Positions 27,795 through 36,834 of a DNA stretch of 64,000 nucleotides are shown here, piece after piece. Origin of the DNA: Planctomycetota bacterium. Lineage in GTDB: Bacteria > Planctomycetota > MHYJ01 > JACPRB01. How positions within the stretch are numbered: the first letter of the stretch is position 1; the number at the start of each line of letters is the position of its first letter. Both the position numbers and the translations under genes were made by a program. The stretch lies in contig JACQVR010000094.1 of the NCBI GenBank assembly GCA_016209705.1, forward strand, positions 64 through 64,063, written 5' to 3'. The notes under the pieces are model-generated. The model did not search any database and was not told where the DNA came from. It saw only the letters and a list, made by a program, of their open reading frames with translations.

Positions 27795-29341
27795 TGGTCA
27801 TGAAAATGGAAATCCATCTCCAGCAGCGACTCGAGCAGCGCCAGCAGCTCTCTCAGCAGATGCTGCAGAATCTGGAGCTGCTCCAGCTTCCGATCCTGCA
27901 GCTTCGCCAGAAGATCGACGAGGAACTCGAGGGAAACCCCACGTTGGAGCTGGGCGCCGAAATCGAGGAGCCTGGAGAGCCTGCGGCGCCCGTGGAAACC
28001 GCCGAACCCGCCGAATCGTCGGAAGAGGGAAAGCAGGAGTTTCTCGAAGCGGTCGAAGACGAATGGCTGCAAAGCGAGCGCCTCTATCCCCGCAGCCGCG
28101 GCGGGGAATCGGACGATTCCAAGTTCGAATTCCTCCAGAATGTCAGCGCCTCTCCCCTTTCCCTGCACGAATATCTGCGCGCGCAGCTTGCGCTGCTCGA
28201 AGTGGACCCGGACCTGCGGGTCTACCTGGAGCTTCTGATCGAACACCTCAACGACAATGGATATCTGGGAACGCCGCTCGAGGAAATCGTTCAGGCCGCG
28301 CCGGAGGAGATGCGGAAGCTCCCCCCGGAATTGCTGCTGAAGAAGTTCGAAACGGCGCTCGTCTTTCTGCAGAAAATGGAGCCGTTGGGGATCGGAGCGC
28401 GCACTCCCCGGGAATGCCTGCTTCTCCAGCTGGACGAAAGCGATTCGAATTACGCCGCCAAGCGGCGATTGATCGAGCGCCATCTGGAGGACATCGGCAA
28501 CAACCGCCTTCCGAAAATGGCGCGCGACATCACCGCCGACCCCGAGGCGCTGGCCGACTTCGGATACAAGCCGGGCGCCGATCCCGAGATCATCCTGGAG
28601 GACATCAAGATCCTGATCGGCGAGATCCAGAAACTGAATCCCCATCCCGGCGCGAACTTTTCGACGGAAAGCAATCCGCGCGTCTATCCGGAAGTCATCA
28701 TCCGCCCCATCGACGGGAAATTCGAGATCGTGATCGAGGATTCGTACCTCCCTCCCCTGTCCATCAACCGGACGTACCAGGAGATGCTCAAGGACAAGTC
28801 CCTGGGAAAGCCCGAACGGGATTACCTCCGCCGCAAGTTGGACGCCGGCCGCAAGCTGATCAGCGCGATCGAGCAGCGCCGCCACACCATTCGCCGCATC
28901 ACCGAAGAGATTCTGCGGCACCAGCTCGACTTCTTCGAGCGCGGCGCGGAATATTTGAAACCGCTCAAGATGCAGGAGGTCGCCGACGCCGTGGGAATCC
29001 ACGTCTCGACGGTCAGTCGGGCGATCTCCGGGAAGTGGATCGAGACGCCGCGGGGCATCTTCCCGATGAAATTCTTCTTCGCGTCCGCGGCGCCGCGGTC
29101 GGCCGGTCAGGCGCCGAGCTTCATCGGCGGCGAGGCGCCTCCCCAGGATGATCGAACCCGCCTGGCGCTGATGGAAAAGCTGCGGGAGATCATCGACGCG
29201 GAGGACAAGAGGCGACCCCTGGCGGATCTGGAGATCGTCAAGCTGCTCCGGCAGCAAGGCCTCGCCGCCGCCCGGCGAACCGTCGCGAAGTACCGCGAAG
29301 AGATGGGGATCCCCAGCTCGAGATTGAGAAAGCAGTATTGA
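27794..29341 (+). CDS. rpoN: RNA polymerase sigma-54 factor.
   Basis: A Gln/Leu-rich region I leads to the C-terminal RpoN box ARRTVAKYRE. The start overlaps the recR stop. Confidence 0.9.
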   Translation: MVMKMEIHLQQRLEQRQQLSQQMLQNLELLQLPILQLRQKIDEELEGNPTLELGAEIEEPGEPAAPVETAEPAESSEEGKQEFLEAVEDEWLQSERLYPRSRGGESDDSKFEFLQNVSASPLSLHEYLRAQLALLEVDPDLRVYLELLIEHLNDNGYLGTPLEEIVQAAPEEMRKLPPELLLKKFETALVFLQKMEPLGIGARTPRECLLLQLDESDSNYAAKRRLIERHLEDIGNNRLPKMARDITADPEALADFGYKPGADPEIILEDIKILIGEIQKLNPHPGANFSTESNPRVYPEVIIRPIDGKFEIVIEDSYLPPLSINRTYQEMLKDKSLGKPERDYLRRKLDAGRKLISAIEQRRHTIRRITEEILRHQLDFFERGAEYLKPLKMQEVADAVGIHVSTVSRAISGKWIETPRGIFPMKFFFASAAPRSAGQAPSFIGGEAPPQDDRTRLALMEKLREIIDAEDKRRPLADLEIVKLLRQQGLAAARRTVAKYREEMGIPSSRLRKQY

Positions 29342-29410
29342 CCTGGAGCTCGAAGGCGCTCCGATCCGATCTATTGCACAATTCCCCCTCCCTCCCTATC
29401 CTGTCCCTTC

Positions 29411-30400
29411 ATGACCGTCGAAGAACAAGCGCGCCGATTTCGCGAGGGCATCGAGCGGCTCCGCAAGGAGATCGGCAAGGTGATCGTGGGCCACGAGGAC
29501 GTGGTGTCGCAGGCGATCATCACGATCCTGTCCGGGGGCCATGCCCTGCTCGAAGGGGTTCCGGGCATCGGCAAGACGCTGCTGGTGCGCACGATCAGTC
29601 AAAGCCTGAGCCTGCGCTTCTCGCGCATCCAGTTCACGCCCGACCTCATGCCGGCGGACATCCTGGGCACGAACATCGTGGTGGAAGATCCCAGCGGGCG
29701 GAAGAGCTTCCAGTTCCAGAAGGGCCCGATCTTCGGCCATATCATCCTGGCGGACGAGATCAATCGGGCCACGCCCAAGACCCAGTCGGCGTTGCTGGAG
29801 GCGATGCAGGAAAAAGCGGTGACCGTGAGCGGGCAGCGCTATCCCCTGGAGGAACCGTTCTTCGTGCTGGCGACGCAGAACCCCATCGAAATGGAAGGAA
29901 CCTATCCCCTGCCCGAGGCCCAGATCGATCGCTTCTTCTTCAAGATCGAAGTGAAGGCGGCGACGCTGGCCGGGCTGCTGGAGATCATCGATCGCACCAC
30001 CGGCCGCGAGATTCCTTCCATTTCTCCCGTACTGCGCGGGGAGGATATCCTGGCGATGCGCGCGCTGGCGCGCGAGGTTCCCATCGCCTCCCACGTGAAG
30101 GAGTACGCCGCGCGCCTGGTCCTGGCCACGCATCCCACCGAGGGGGGAAGCGACGTAGCCCGCAAGTACGTCCGCTACGGGTCCAGCCCCCGCGGCGTCC
30201 AGGCCCTGGTGCTCGCGGGAAAGATCCTGGCGTTGATGAAAGGACGCTACAACGTGGCCTTCTCGGACATCCGCGAGGCCTCCTACCCCGCCTTAAGACA
30301 CAGATTGATCCTGAACTTCGAAGCGGAGGCCGAAGGCGTCCGGCCCGACCAGATTCTCGGCCGGATCCTCGAAAAGACGCCCGACGCCATCCCGGCCTAG
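29411..30400 (+). CDS. MoxR-family AAA+ ATPase.
   Basis: Walker A GVPGIGKT and Walker B ILADEINRA are present. The size (329 aa) is typical. Confidence 0.85.
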   Translation: MTVEEQARRFREGIERLRKEIGKVIVGHEDVVSQAIITILSGGHALLEGVPGIGKTLLVRTISQSLSLRFSRIQFTPDLMPADILGTNIVVEDPSGRKSFQFQKGPIFGHIILADEINRATPKTQSALLEAMQEKAVTVSGQRYPLEEPFFVLATQNPIEMEGTYPLPEAQIDRFFFKIEVKAATLAGLLEIIDRTTGREIPSISPVLRGEDILAMRALAREVPIASHVKEYAARLVLATHPTEGGSDVARKYVRYGSSPRGVQALVLAGKILALMKGRYNVAFSDIREASYPALRHRLILNFEAEAEGVRPDQILGRILEKTPDAIPA

Positions 30401-30433
30401 GAGCGTGTCGACCCCATGAATCCGACACGCTCC
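30400..30433 (+). other. Stable hairpin directly after the moxR stop, an 11-bp perfect stem. Its first 16 nt recur at 36719-36734.
   Basis: GGAGCGTGTCG-(12 nt)-CGACACGCTCC, with no U-tract after it. The 16-mer CCTAGGAGCGTGTCGA also follows the stop of the gene ending at 36718. Confidence 0.4.
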
Positions 30434-30456
30434 TCGCCTTGGCGACCCCGCGCGCT

Positions 30457-30539
30457 TATGGTATGTTACATTCCATGTTACGTTTTATTCTCAAAACTTA
30501 TTGTAACGTTACAATATATTTTCAAAATATTTCGTAACA
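30457..30539. promoter_or_regulatory. AT-rich operator cluster A. It holds a perfect palindrome TTGTAACGTTACAA (30501-30514) and arrayed GTTAC/GTAAC half-sites separated by TTTTCAAAA-type cores.
   Basis: An ~85-bp island of >75% AT in a 68% GC genome, immediately upstream of the mscL-like gene and the DUF21-CBS-EIIA gene. The same motif grammar recurs at 34980-35012 and 39185-39280. Confidence 0.5.
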
Positions 30540-30548
30540 GGAGGGAGC

Positions 30549-30815
30549 ATGGAGTTCGACCCGAAGACGCTGGTCAAGACGCCGGCGTTCGCGATCGCCG
30601 GGGGGTTCGTGCTGGGGGCCGCGGTGTTCGAGCTGATTCGGGGCGCGATCAACCATTTGATCGTCCCCTTCTTCAGCATCGTCGGCGACGGCGGGGGAAT
30701 ACGGATCGGCGACAGCATTTACATCGGGTGCGGCGGGTTCATTGGCGCGGTCATGGTGTTCGTGGTCGCGACCGCCGTCGGAGTGCTGATGATCCGGGTC
30801 GCGGCGAAGGATTGA
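30549..30815 (+). CDS. Small MscL-family-like membrane protein (88 aa, lacking the C-terminal cytoplasmic helix).
   Basis: AFAIAGGFVLGAAVFELIRGAINHLIVPFFSIV resembles MscL TM1 and the periplasmic loop. An RBS AGGAGGGAG lies upstream. Confidence 0.5.
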   Translation: MEFDPKTLVKTPAFAIAGGFVLGAAVFELIRGAINHLIVPFFSIVGDGGGIRIGDSIYIGCGGFIGAVMVFVVATAVGVLMIRVAAKD

Positions 30816-30852
30816 CCCCCTCGTCCGCCTCCGATAGCCTTGCCCGCGCTCC

Positions 30853-32424
30853 ATGATTCCCTCCCCGGCCCTATGCGCGCTTTCCGAAGCCGACGGCGCC
30901 TCGTCTTCCTGGCTTCAGCTCCTCTACCTCGCGGCGGCGGGCCTGCTGGTGCTGCTGAACGCGTTTTTCGTTCTCGCGGAGTTCGCCATCGTCAAGATTC
31001 GGGCGACCCAGATGCTCGAACTGGCGGAACGCGGCAACGCGAGAGCCGCGCTCGCCACCTCGATCGTCAAGCGCCTCGACGCCTACCTCTCCACCTGCCA
31101 ACTCGGCATCACCGTCGCGAGCCTGGGGCTGGGGTGGATCGGAGAACCCGCGTTCGCCACGTTGCTGAAACCTTGGTTGGACGCCCTTGGAATCTGGTCC
31201 CGGACGGTGACGACGTCGGTCGCCTTCGCGATCTCGTTCGCATTCGTCACCTTCATCCATGTCGTGATCGGCGAGCTGGCCCCCAAATCGATCGCGATCC
31301 GCCGGACCGAATGGGCCACCCTCTTCGCGGCGCGCCCCCTCCACTGGTTTTACCGGGTCACCTTCCCCGCCATGTGGCTCTTGAACGTGACCAGCAACGC
31401 CGTCCTCCGGCTGCTGCGCATCCCTCCGGTCACCGACATGGAACTGGCTCATTCCGAGGAAGAACTTCGCATGATCCTGGGCGCGTCCCACGAGAAGGGC
31501 GCCGTCACGCTCAATCGCCTGCTCATGATGGAAAACGTCCTCGACTTCGGAACGTTGACCGTGGCGGACGTCATGACGCCGGCCGAGCGGGTGATTTCCC
31601 TGTCCGCGGCCGCGCCGTGGTCGGAAACTTTCGACAAGATCCGGAAATCGCTCCACTCCCGCTATCCCCTGGACTTCGGGACCTCGAAGAAACGGGATCG
31701 CATGATCCATCTCAAAGACCTGCTGATCGCCGTGGCCGCCGGAAAACCGCCGGACTTGACCTCCATCGCCCGTCCGGTGCGCGCCGTCCGTCCCGACCTC
31801 TCCCTCGAGGACCTCCTCCAGCACTTCTATCGGAACCGCAGCCATCTCGCGATGGTGGAGGACGACGCGGGCCGGTTCCTGGGACTGGTCACCATCGAAG
31901 ACGTCATCGAAGAACTGATCGGAACCGTTCGCGACGAATTCGAGACGGTCAAGGAGTTCAATCTCTCCGACTTGGTCCCGCCGGGAGCGATCGCGCTCGG
32001 CCTCGAACCGATGACCAAAGAGCAGTCGATCCGAACCCTGATCGAAAGGCTGGCTCAGAAGCATCCGGAGTTGAACGTCCCGTTGATCGTCTCCACGATC
32101 CTTCGCCGAGAAACGCTCGCATCGACGGGTCTGGGTGAAGGCATCGCCATCCCGCACAGCCGCATTCCAGCCCTCTTGCGTCCGATGGGCGCGATCGGCC
32201 AATGGCCCCAGGGAATCGAATTTCAGGCGCTCGACGCCCACCCCGTCTACTTGATGTTCCTGATCCTGACGCCCGTCCATGACGAGGGCGTCCACGTGCA
32301 CATCCTGGGAAAGATCAGCGCCTTGCTCTCCAGCGATTACCTTCGCGAACGCCTCCGCCACGCCCAAAGCGTCGAGGAGGTACGGGAGGTGTTGCGGATC
32401 TCCGACCAGTCGCTGCCGGCGTGA
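30853..32424 (+). CDS. CNNM/DUF21 membrane domain plus CBS pair fused to a C-terminal PTS EIIA(Ntr/fructose)-type domain.
   Basis: DUF21 TM helices and a CBS pair are followed by GLGEGIAIPHSRIPAL (EIIA active-site His region). This replaces the usual CorC_HlyC terminus. Confidence 0.7.
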   Translation: MIPSPALCALSEADGASSSWLQLLYLAAAGLLVLLNAFFVLAEFAIVKIRATQMLELAERGNARAALATSIVKRLDAYLSTCQLGITVASLGLGWIGEPAFATLLKPWLDALGIWSRTVTTSVAFAISFAFVTFIHVVIGELAPKSIAIRRTEWATLFAARPLHWFYRVTFPAMWLLNVTSNAVLRLLRIPPVTDMELAHSEEELRMILGASHEKGAVTLNRLLMMENVLDFGTLTVADVMTPAERVISLSAAAPWSETFDKIRKSLHSRYPLDFGTSKKRDRMIHLKDLLIAVAAGKPPDLTSIARPVRAVRPDLSLEDLLQHFYRNRSHLAMVEDDAGRFLGLVTIEDVIEELIGTVRDEFETVKEFNLSDLVPPGAIALGLEPMTKEQSIRTLIERLAQKHPELNVPLIVSTILRRETLASTGLGEGIAIPHSRIPALLRPMGAIGQWPQGIEFQALDAHPVYLMFLILTPVHDEGVHVHILGKISALLSSDYLRERLRHAQSVEEVREVLRISDQSLPA

Positions 32425-32428
32425 CGCT

Positions 32429-32803
32429 TCAGAAGAGATCCTTGGCCGCCGCGGCGCACAGTGCCGCGCCGATCAGGTAGACCGCCGCGCCGACGAGCAG
32501 GACGGCGCGACCGAGTCCCAAAACGTCGGAGCGAAAAAGGCCGGCCGCCAGGAAGGCCGCGCCGGTCGCGGCGAAGACGACTTGACTGATCGCCCACCGG
32601 CGGAGGGTGAGTTCCTGCGACAGCGCCTCGACTCCGTAGCCGATGAACGCGAGGCCGCCGGCCAGGATCGCCGCGATCTTCAACCACCACGGCAGCGTCT
32701 CCGCGGGCACGTTCCATAACAGGGCCCCGGCCGCCAGGACCAGTCCGAACCAACACACGGCGGCCGTGACGGACGTGGCTCGATCCGCGTCGCGAAAGGA
32801 CAT
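32429..32803 (-). CDS. Small hypothetical membrane protein (4 predicted TM segments).
   Basis: The ORF is hydrophobic and 124 aa long. No recognisable motif was found. Confidence 0.45.
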   Translation of the reverse strand: MSFRDADRATSVTAAVCWFGLVLAAGALLWNVPAETLPWWLKIAAILAGGLAFIGYGVEALSQELTLRRWAISQVVFAATGAAFLAAGLFRSDVLGLGRAVLLVGAAVYLIGAALCAAAAKDLF

Positions 32804-32924
32804 GACGCTACTATACCCGCGGAACGCTCCGCGCCGTTCGCAAATCCGAGACCGCGTGCGGACACAAATTCTTGCGCTTCATCCTGTTCTCACTACAATG
32901 TGCGCGCGAGCCGCGCGCACTCTT

Positions 32925-34037
32925 ATGGGACTATCCGACGACAACGTGCTTCAACCGCTGAACGCCGCGAATCGCAGGCAGAAGAAAGCGCTCTTTCGGC
33001 AACCCGTCCGGCCCCTCGCCCTGCGCCCGAACACCACCGTCGCCGACCTGGTCGAGGGCATGGCGGGCATGTCCATCCAGGCGCGCAACATCGGGCAGTG
33101 CGCGCAGGTCCTCGAGCGCATGCTCAAAGACCCGGCTCGCCCGACGGTTTTTCTCGGACTGGCTGGTCCGTTGATCGCGGCGGGCCTGCGCAAAGTCATC
33201 CGCGACCTCATCGAAGCGGGCGTCGTGGACGTCGTCGTCTCCACCGGCGCGATCTTGTATCAGGATATTTATCAGGCGCGCGGCTTCCGCCATTATCAGG
33301 GCGACGTGGATGCGGACGATTCGGCGTTGCGCGATCTGTACATCGACCGCATCTACGATACCTACGTCGACGAGGAGAAATTCTGGGATACCGACGTGTG
33401 GTGCGGGGAGCTGGCGAACGAGCTCCCGCCCGGCCCTACCTCCAGCCGGGCGTATCTGGATTTCGTCGCGTCGCGCCTTGAGGACGATGAGTCGATTCTG
33501 GTCACCTGCCGGAAGCACGGCGTCCCGGTTTTCTGCCCCGCGCTCAACGACAGTTCGATCGGCATCGGACTCACCCACCACCGCCATCTCGCGCATCGGG
33601 AAGGCCGCACGCCGCTGGCGATCGACTCGATCCGCGACAACTACGAGCTGACCCAGATCGTCGTGCAATCGAACATGACGTCCGCCATCTACATCGCCGG
33701 AGGCGTTCCCAAGAACTACATCAACGACTCCGTGGTCATGAGCTACATCTTCGGCCTGGAGCGCGGCCATGAATACGCGGTTCAAGTGACCACGGCCGTG
33801 ACCGCGGACGGCGGGCTGTCCAGCTCGACACTTTCCGAAGCCCGCTCGTGGGGCAAGATCAAGAAGGAAGCCAAGTTCGCGATGGCGTGGGTCGAGCCCA
33901 GCGTCGCCTTGCCGCTGCTGGCGGGCTATGTGCTCCAGCGGAACCTGGCGAAGGGGCGCGGCCGGCTGCACCTCACGTGGGACGGCGAGATCCTCCGCGA
34001 GTTGCGCGCGGACCCGCGAAAGCACCGCGGCCGCTGA
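32925..34037 (+). CDS. Deoxyhypusine synthase-like (homospermidine-synthase-related) protein.
   Basis: DHS-family signature segments are present (GLAGPLIAAGLR, VSTGAILYQD, IAGGVPKNY). ATG at 32925 lies within track ORF 32643. Confidence 0.75.
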   Translation: MGLSDDNVLQPLNAANRRQKKALFRQPVRPLALRPNTTVADLVEGMAGMSIQARNIGQCAQVLERMLKDPARPTVFLGLAGPLIAAGLRKVIRDLIEAGVVDVVVSTGAILYQDIYQARGFRHYQGDVDADDSALRDLYIDRIYDTYVDEEKFWDTDVWCGELANELPPGPTSSRAYLDFVASRLEDDESILVTCRKHGVPVFCPALNDSSIGIGLTHHRHLAHREGRTPLAIDSIRDNYELTQIVVQSNMTSAIYIAGGVPKNYINDSVVMSYIFGLERGHEYAVQVTTAVTADGGLSSSTLSEARSWGKIKKEAKFAMAWVEPSVALPLLAGYVLQRNLAKGRGRLHLTWDGEILRELRADPRKHRGR

Positions 34038-34045
34038 ACCTTCGA

Positions 34046-34990
34046 ATGGCCAGAAAGACGCGATTCCTGAACATCCTCGTCACCGGCGGCGCCGGATTCA
34101 TCGGATCCAACCTCGTCCAGGCGATCCAGGCCCGCTGGCCGTCGGCCCTGCTGACCGTGGTCGACGACTTTCGCTCGGGACACTTCAAGAATCTCACCGG
34201 CTTCCGCGGAGACGTGGTGGCAGCGGACATCGGAGCCTGGGAGTCGTCCGAGAAATACGACTGCATCTTCCATCTGGCCTCGATCACCGACACCACGATC
34301 AGCGATCAATTCCGGATGGTGCGGGACAATGTGGAAGGCTTCCGCAGCGTCTTGAGGATGGCCCGCAGAATGAAGGCGATCGTGGTGTACGCCTCCAGCG
34401 CCGCGACGTACGGGCAGGCGAACGAGCGCGCGTTGGAAACGTCTCCCGCCCTTCCGACGACCGCGTACGCGTTTTCGAAGGTCGTCCTGGATCACCTGGC
34501 GGAGCGCGCGCGCTGGGACGGAATGCGCGTCGAGGGGGTTCGGTACTTCAACGTCTACGGCCCCCACGAGGCGCACAAGGGGGCGGCGGCCAGCATGATC
34601 TATCAGCTCGCCGCGCAGATGCGGAAGGACCGCCGGCCGCGAATCTTCAAGCACGGCGAGCAGCGGCGCGATTTCATCTTCGTGGACGACGCCGTGCATG
34701 CCACGCTCCTGGCGGCCGAGCGTGGAAAGAACGCCGTCTACAACGTCGGCACCGGACGCGCCCGGTCGTTCAACGAAGTCATCGACGCGCTGAACTCGGC
34801 CCTGGGAACGCGCCTGGAGCCGGAGTACTTCGACAATCCCTACGATTTCTATCAGGACTACACCGAAGCCAACATCGCCCGGGCCCGCGCCGACCTCGGC
34901 TTCACCGCCGCCTTCGGCCTCGAAGACGGAGTGCGCGAATACCTCCAGCGCCTCGGATGGACGCGCGCCGCCCATCGCCTGTTACAATAA
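34046..34990 (+). CDS. NAD-dependent epimerase/dehydratase (HldD/ADP-heptose-6-epimerase-like SDR).
   Basis: Rossmann motif ILVTGGAGFIGSNL is present, with YAFSK in the catalytic YxxxK position. Confidence 0.8.
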   Translation: MARKTRFLNILVTGGAGFIGSNLVQAIQARWPSALLTVVDDFRSGHFKNLTGFRGDVVAADIGAWESSEKYDCIFHLASITDTTISDQFRMVRDNVEGFRSVLRMARRMKAIVVYASSAATYGQANERALETSPALPTTAYAFSKVVLDHLAERARWDGMRVEGVRYFNVYGPHEAHKGAAASMIYQLAAQMRKDRRPRIFKHGEQRRDFIFVDDAVHATLLAAERGKNAVYNVGTGRARSFNEVIDALNSALGTRLEPEYFDNPYDFYQDYTEANIARARADLGFTAAFGLEDGVREYLQRLGWTRAAHRLLQ

Positions 34991-35012
34991 GTTTTGAAAA
35001 TTATTTGTAACA
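34980..35012. promoter_or_regulatory. AT-rich operator B. It is one GTTACA-N22-TGTAACA dyad with a TTTTGAAAA core, overlapping the epimerase stop and directly upstream of selenoprotein candidate 3.
   Basis: Sequence is TGTTACAATAAGTTTTGAAAATTATTTGTAACA. It follows the same grammar as operator clusters A and C. Confidence 0.45.
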
Positions 35013-35074
35013 CCTACGAAGGGCCGCCCGGCCGGTGTCTAAGCTGGAGATCCCAACTCCAGGAGATGAACGTC

Positions 35075-36718
35075 ATGAAAAAATTAGGTGGAGCCCTTCT
35101 TGCGGGCCTGGTGTGCTTGAGTCCTCTTTGGGCTCAGCAGGAAGATCTGAGGTCTATCGAAAAGGACCTCAAACAGGGACTTAAGGCCCAAGCCGAACGG
35201 GAAGTGGAAAAAGCCGTTCAAGCGCTGCACAAAATCAACACGCCGGAAGCGGTAAAAGTCCTGCTGAGAGGGTTGCGGGAACGCCTGCTCCCCAGCACGT
35301 ACTGGATCCTGGTCCGCGGAGCCGCCGCCTTCTCTTCCCCCGACGCCTTGGGCGAAGTCACCGGCTACATCCTCAAATACAAGCAGACTCCCGTGGCGCG
35401 CGACATGGCGGCCGCGTTGCATGGAAATTGGACGCCCGCGTGCGAAGGCGCGCTCATCGCGATTCTGAACAAAGGGACGCCCGAACTCCAAGCGCTCGCC
35501 ACCGAGCACCTGATGGAAGTCGGCGCCAGGGATGCGGTGGAAGCGGTCCTCGCGCTGCTGAAAAAAGGCCGTCCCGGCCCGGACCTGTCCCGCAGACTGT
35601 TCCGCGTTCTCTCCGTGATCACCATCGGCGACTACGGAGACAGCCTTTCCAACTGGGAGGGCTGGTGGGAGGCGAACAAACACAAGGACTGGGGCGAACT
35701 CAAAGCCAAAGAAGGCCCCGGCTATCGCAGCGGAGGAGGAACCGTCACCGACAGCCTCGACAAAGCGCGCGATAAGGAAGTCGAGCAGCTCAAGAAAGGG
35801 AAAGTCCTCGTGCTGGGCGCGGGTAACAAATGCAAGGACGGGAAAAACCACGATCTGGATCGTATCGACTCGCTCATCAAGAAGATGGATCTTCAGGTCG
35901 ACTTCATCGACAAGATCGAGTTCTGCAAACCGTCATTCAAAGTCGACGATTACCTCTCCATCCTCTGCAACTGCACGTTCATCGAGGAACACTGCATCTG
36001 CCCGACTTGCAAACGCGGGCCGCCCGGAGACAAGCGCCGATTCCAGTGAGCGGGCTGCGACAAGCATGAAATAGTACGGTACGTACTAGATGAGGCCGGG
36101 CTGAACAAGATCCGCAAATATGTCGACGACGGGGGATATCTCTTCACCGAAGACTGGTGTCTCAAGGAAATCCTGGCGGCCAAGTTCAGCGAATTCGTCA
36201 ATCTGGGGCCGTATCTTCCCGAGATGAACGTCCCCATCTTCCCCAAACCGGGCGCCGGAACCCATCCCTACCTGCGGCGCATTTTCACGCGCCATCCGAA
36301 AGACCTCCGGCGCGGAGAAACGGGCACCGAGGAAGAGTTCGAACGGCTCACGCACGAGTGGAAGATCGACAACGAGAGCCCAGCGATTCGGATCACGAAC
36401 AAGCAGGCCGTCACCGTGCTGGTCTACTCCACGGAGGTGGGCAAGAAAGCGGGAGCGGAAGGAAGCGACGCGGTCGCGATCACGTTCGCCGTCGGCGCGC
36501 GGGGACCCGAGGCTAAAGATCCGGTGGCGACTGGCAAACCCATCGAGCAGGACCGGGCCAAGATGAGCGGCGGGCGGGTCCTGCACGTCATGAGCCACTT
36601 CGGCAAGCAGAAATCGGTCTCCGACGAGTACACGATCCAGAACCTGCTGCTGAACTTTCTGATCGAAGCCAGCGAGCGCCGCGGGTTTCAGAAGGAAGCG
36701 GCTCAGAAGAAGAAATGA
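35075..36718 (+). CDS. Secreted HEAT-repeat protein with a C-terminal Cys-rich GATase1/DUF4159-like region, read through an in-frame TGA (36047-36049) at a U-A-G-C (UxxC) motif. Candidate selenoprotein.
   Basis: RBS AGGAG precedes signal peptide MKKLGGALLAGLVCLSPLWA and HEAT-like repeats. Translation continues ...CNCTFIEEHCICPTCKRGPPGDKRRFQ-TGA-AGCDKHEIVRYVLDEAGLNKIRKYVDDGGYLFTEDWCLKEIL... in the same frame with no further stop until 36718. The segment after the TGA has no in-frame ATG until 36224, which would cut into the conserved GGYLFTEDWC block. Confidence 0.5.
36072..36088 (+). promoter_or_regulatory. Candidate bSECIS hairpin, 22 nt downstream of the TGA at 36047.
   Basis: UAGUAC-GGUAC-GUACUA is a 6-bp stem with apical loop GGUAC. 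The other two candidates carry GGUUC. Confidence 0.35.
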
Positions 36719-36834
36719 TCCCTAGGAGCGTGTCGAGACATTCAAGGGGATGTCGAGATATAGGGGATGCAGGTGATAAGACCCTCCATGCGTGGTACGG
36801 CACATCTCCATATCTCCAATATCCCGACAACCTC

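Noticed and set aside
32901-32919. Perfect GC palindrome TGCGCGCGAGCCGCGCGCA upstream of the deoxyhypusine synthase-like gene, considered as a terminator.
   Set aside because: No U-tract follows and it sits in the 5' UTR of a plus-strand gene rather than after a gene end. It was left uncalled as a possible structural or regulatory hairpin.
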